Origin: Octopus vulgaris
Taxonomy: Eukaryota
DNA length: 64,000 bases
Assembly: GCA_951406725.2 (NCBI GenBank)
Contig: OX597815.1
Span: 129,456,001 to 129,520,000 of the forward strand
Direction of reading: 5' to 3'
In this document: positions 61,591-64,000 of the stretch, piece by piece
Position numbering within the stretch: the stretch's first letter is position 1
How the letters are laid out: every line of letters starts with the position of its first letter
The notes under the pieces: model-generated
Database searches by the model: none
What the model was told of the DNA's origin: nothing
What the model saw: the letters and a program-made list of their open reading frames with translations, nothing else
Position numbers and translations under genes: made by a program

Positions 61591-62418
61591 ATTTTAGCAT
61601 GTACTGAGGCACTTTATTATGGCTCCAGCACTAGTGCAGTTTCTTTGTATCCTGCAAGATTAATGAATCGTCCCCACTCTCCATCATCACCATTCATTTG
61701 GGGCAAATGATCAAGAGAGTGAATAGAAAAGATAGCAATGACAGATGAAGTAGGGATGAGAAGGAGAAATTAATGAGAGTAAGATTGAAGAAACAGTGAG
61801 TGGGTTGATAGCATGGCAGAGCAGGGAGAAATGAAAGAGACAGTAGTTGAGGAAGGAGTAATGGAAGAGAGATTATAATAGCAGAGAGCAATGGGGAAGA
61901 GATGGTAATGGCTGTTGCATGGTTGCTGATAAGAAAGCAAGAGAGGGTAAAGAATAGTGGTAAAAATAGTCTATGAGAAAGAGTGATTGATGCCAATAAT
62001 GTATGACCTAAAGGGGAGGGAGACAGAATGGTAGATAGGAGTCCGGAGGGGTTATGTGAGCTGAAAATAAAGAGAGAGCAATAGATTGTCTTGGAGATGA
62101 ATGATTATATAAGATAGTGTCAGAGAATGATGGATGTCAGAAAGGAGTAACCTGGACACACCTCATGATGGGAAAGGAAGAGAGACAGAGTGTTATAGAT
62201 GATAGCCATGATAAAGGGATTTGATTATCAAAAGATATCATGCATAAATAAATTGATTCACCATTATTACAAAAGGGTAATTTTTTTATCTTTTAATCAG
62301 AAGAGAAGGCAATACACATGACCATTTACAGGGAAGAAAACATTCAAACAAGAGACCGACCCAAATGCTTGCAATAGAGTGGACTCTGCTAAAGGTATCC
62401 AAGAGCTAGGTAGTGATG

Positions 62419-63494
62419 TTAACATTTTAACATTTAACCCCTTAATGGATCAATTATTTTGATATGGCATTTCATTTCAGAGCATATTTTTATATTTCCT
62501 TGTTTATTTCTATACACTTTGTTAATTACAAAAAAAAGTTTTTTATCTTGTTTCTTTTATTTTTTATTGTAGAAAGTAAAATGTACTTTTACTCATTTGG
62601 ATTTAAACGAGTTTGGATATTGAAAAAATAAATATAACTTATCTTCGATTTTTTATAAGATGTATTGCTTTTAAATCAAAGGAAAATTTTTTTTTTAAAT
62701 GAGATAGTTTACTTAGAATGATAATTTTTAAAACAAGGAGTTACACACAAAGTTATCTTGCCAACATCACACATCTATCTGCTTTCTCTTTGAATCTTCT
62801 TTCCTTTAGCGTCTCTCTTCTCTGCGCATTTTGCACACTGTCTTGTAGGGTTCTTTTTCTTATCACTTGGTGGTATTTCCATGGGAAAGTGACCAGCTAG
62901 GGCAAATCTTGTTGGATGTGGGATCGATGATGGTCTTCCTGGTTTTGTGCGTAAATAATTCTCTTATTTGTATAAATAATAGAGAATCAAAACGAGACAG
63001 TTCTAAAATGACACCAACCTTCTCCTGAATCTGAGTATGCACTGAAGTAAAAGTTCAAAATTCAGAAGCATAAATTCTTTGAAATGGCACCAGAATATGT
63101 GCTGCCAGGCATACGACAATGTGAGTAAATTCGTGATTGCTCAAAAATGAAACTACACAAAACAAATAAACTCATTTGAGCGCTAAGATTAAAAGTTAAT
63201 TTTGACCGAGTATACTCGTCTGGTTCTAAAAAGATACATTTGCAATGCACGAGTAAACTCGGGATAATCCATTAAGGGGTTAAACCAGCCACATCAGGCC
63301 AAAATATTCTTCTTCTTATATGTTCGAACCAGCCAGATCCAGGTCACTCATACCTACCCTATAATGTCATTCTAAAAATAAACGATTACATCATAGAAAT
63401 CTCAGAAGCTGAGAGATAACATATGATTAATTCCAAACAATGTGAGTAAATGAACATTACATTTGATGGAATAATCTGGATGCTAAAGGGTTTA
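62419..63494. mobile_element. TTAA-flanked MITE hosting a nested piggyBac element
   Basis: TTAAcattttaacat[TTAA...]accagccacatcagg...atgctaaagggtttaa. Confidence 0.6.
62438..63279 (-). mobile_element. Internally deleted piggyBac element retaining the transposase C-terminal cysteine-rich domain
   Basis: Perfect 13-bp TIRs ccccttaatggat / atccattaagggg; TTAA TSDs at 62434-62437 and 63280-63283. Minus strand ~62963-62710 reads PGRPS...GHFPMEIPPSDKKKNPTRQCAKC...RESR*MCDVGKITLCVTPCFKNYHSK*. Confidence 0.92.
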
Positions 63495-64000
63495 ATCAGC
63501 AAGGAATTAAACTGGTAGGGGAAGGTATCCTCAAAGAAGGGACTGACCTGAATGCTTGTAACAGAGTGGACACTGCTAAGAGTACCCAAAACCTGGGTAA
63601 CGGTATAAAACCAGGTGAGGCATTAAGTCTATCACCAAAGTAAAGCATTTACGTCTTTATAAAAATTTCTTATTTAATGCATCTAAAACAGTGGCTGTCA
63701 TCCTTTTGTGGCTCAGCACCCTCTTTCGTGATGTTTTATACCCCCACCCCAATTCCTCATGTTATGAAAAGCCCTATCCCATTTATGTCTCATTTTAGAC
63801 ATTTCATCCAGCATATTATCAGGACATGGTTTATACCTAATGGTTTATACAAGTGTTTGGTAGCAAAATACATTTAACCATCGTTCAATGACGTAGGCTA
63901 CCTGGCAGTAAATAGACTCAATGATAACAAACAATATCAAATGTAGCACAGGTGTCACAAGGTAAGCTCAGTGTGGATTTAATCCTTAAATCCTTAAAAA

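Noticed and set aside
61690-62220. Purine-rich strand with a 100-aa hydrophobic minus-strand ORF
   Set aside because: Low-complexity compositional bias, probably an old repeat; no recognisable domain.

Overview
AT-rich, repeat-dense eukaryotic DNA. The SINE, LINE and MITE repertoire points to an octopod cephalopod (Octopus-like); this is an inference from recognised repeat families. I can support only one protein-coding gene: a 184-aa ORF at 31141-31695 (+) contained in one exon. It has a strong splice acceptor at 31050-31051, an AU-rich 3' UTR and an AATAAA at 32588. The protein carries an RYKTQPITFDEIKEVDEE motif resembling the RFKTQPVTFDEIQEVEEE motif of C11orf96/DUF4695. Nearly all other track ORFs are spurious readings of repeats or microsatellites. 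The rest is a mosaic of tRNA-headed SINEs (CORE-type, Meta-domain-type and others), 3' fragments of RTE, CR1-like and R4/Dong LINEs, and decayed Tc1, mariner, hAT and piggyBac elements or MITEs (several with exact TSDs). It also holds Helitron/Helentron-type elements and microsatellites. The most notable observations are two minimal type-I hammerhead ribozyme motifs (one inside a tRNA-headed SINE), SINEs with interchangeable 3' tails, inverted repeat pairs that could form dsRNA, an exact 27-bp direct repeat bracketing a 1.06-kb mosaic, and a change in CpG retention near the window start. All calls were made by eye; repeat boundaries are approximate unless a TSD or TIR is quoted.
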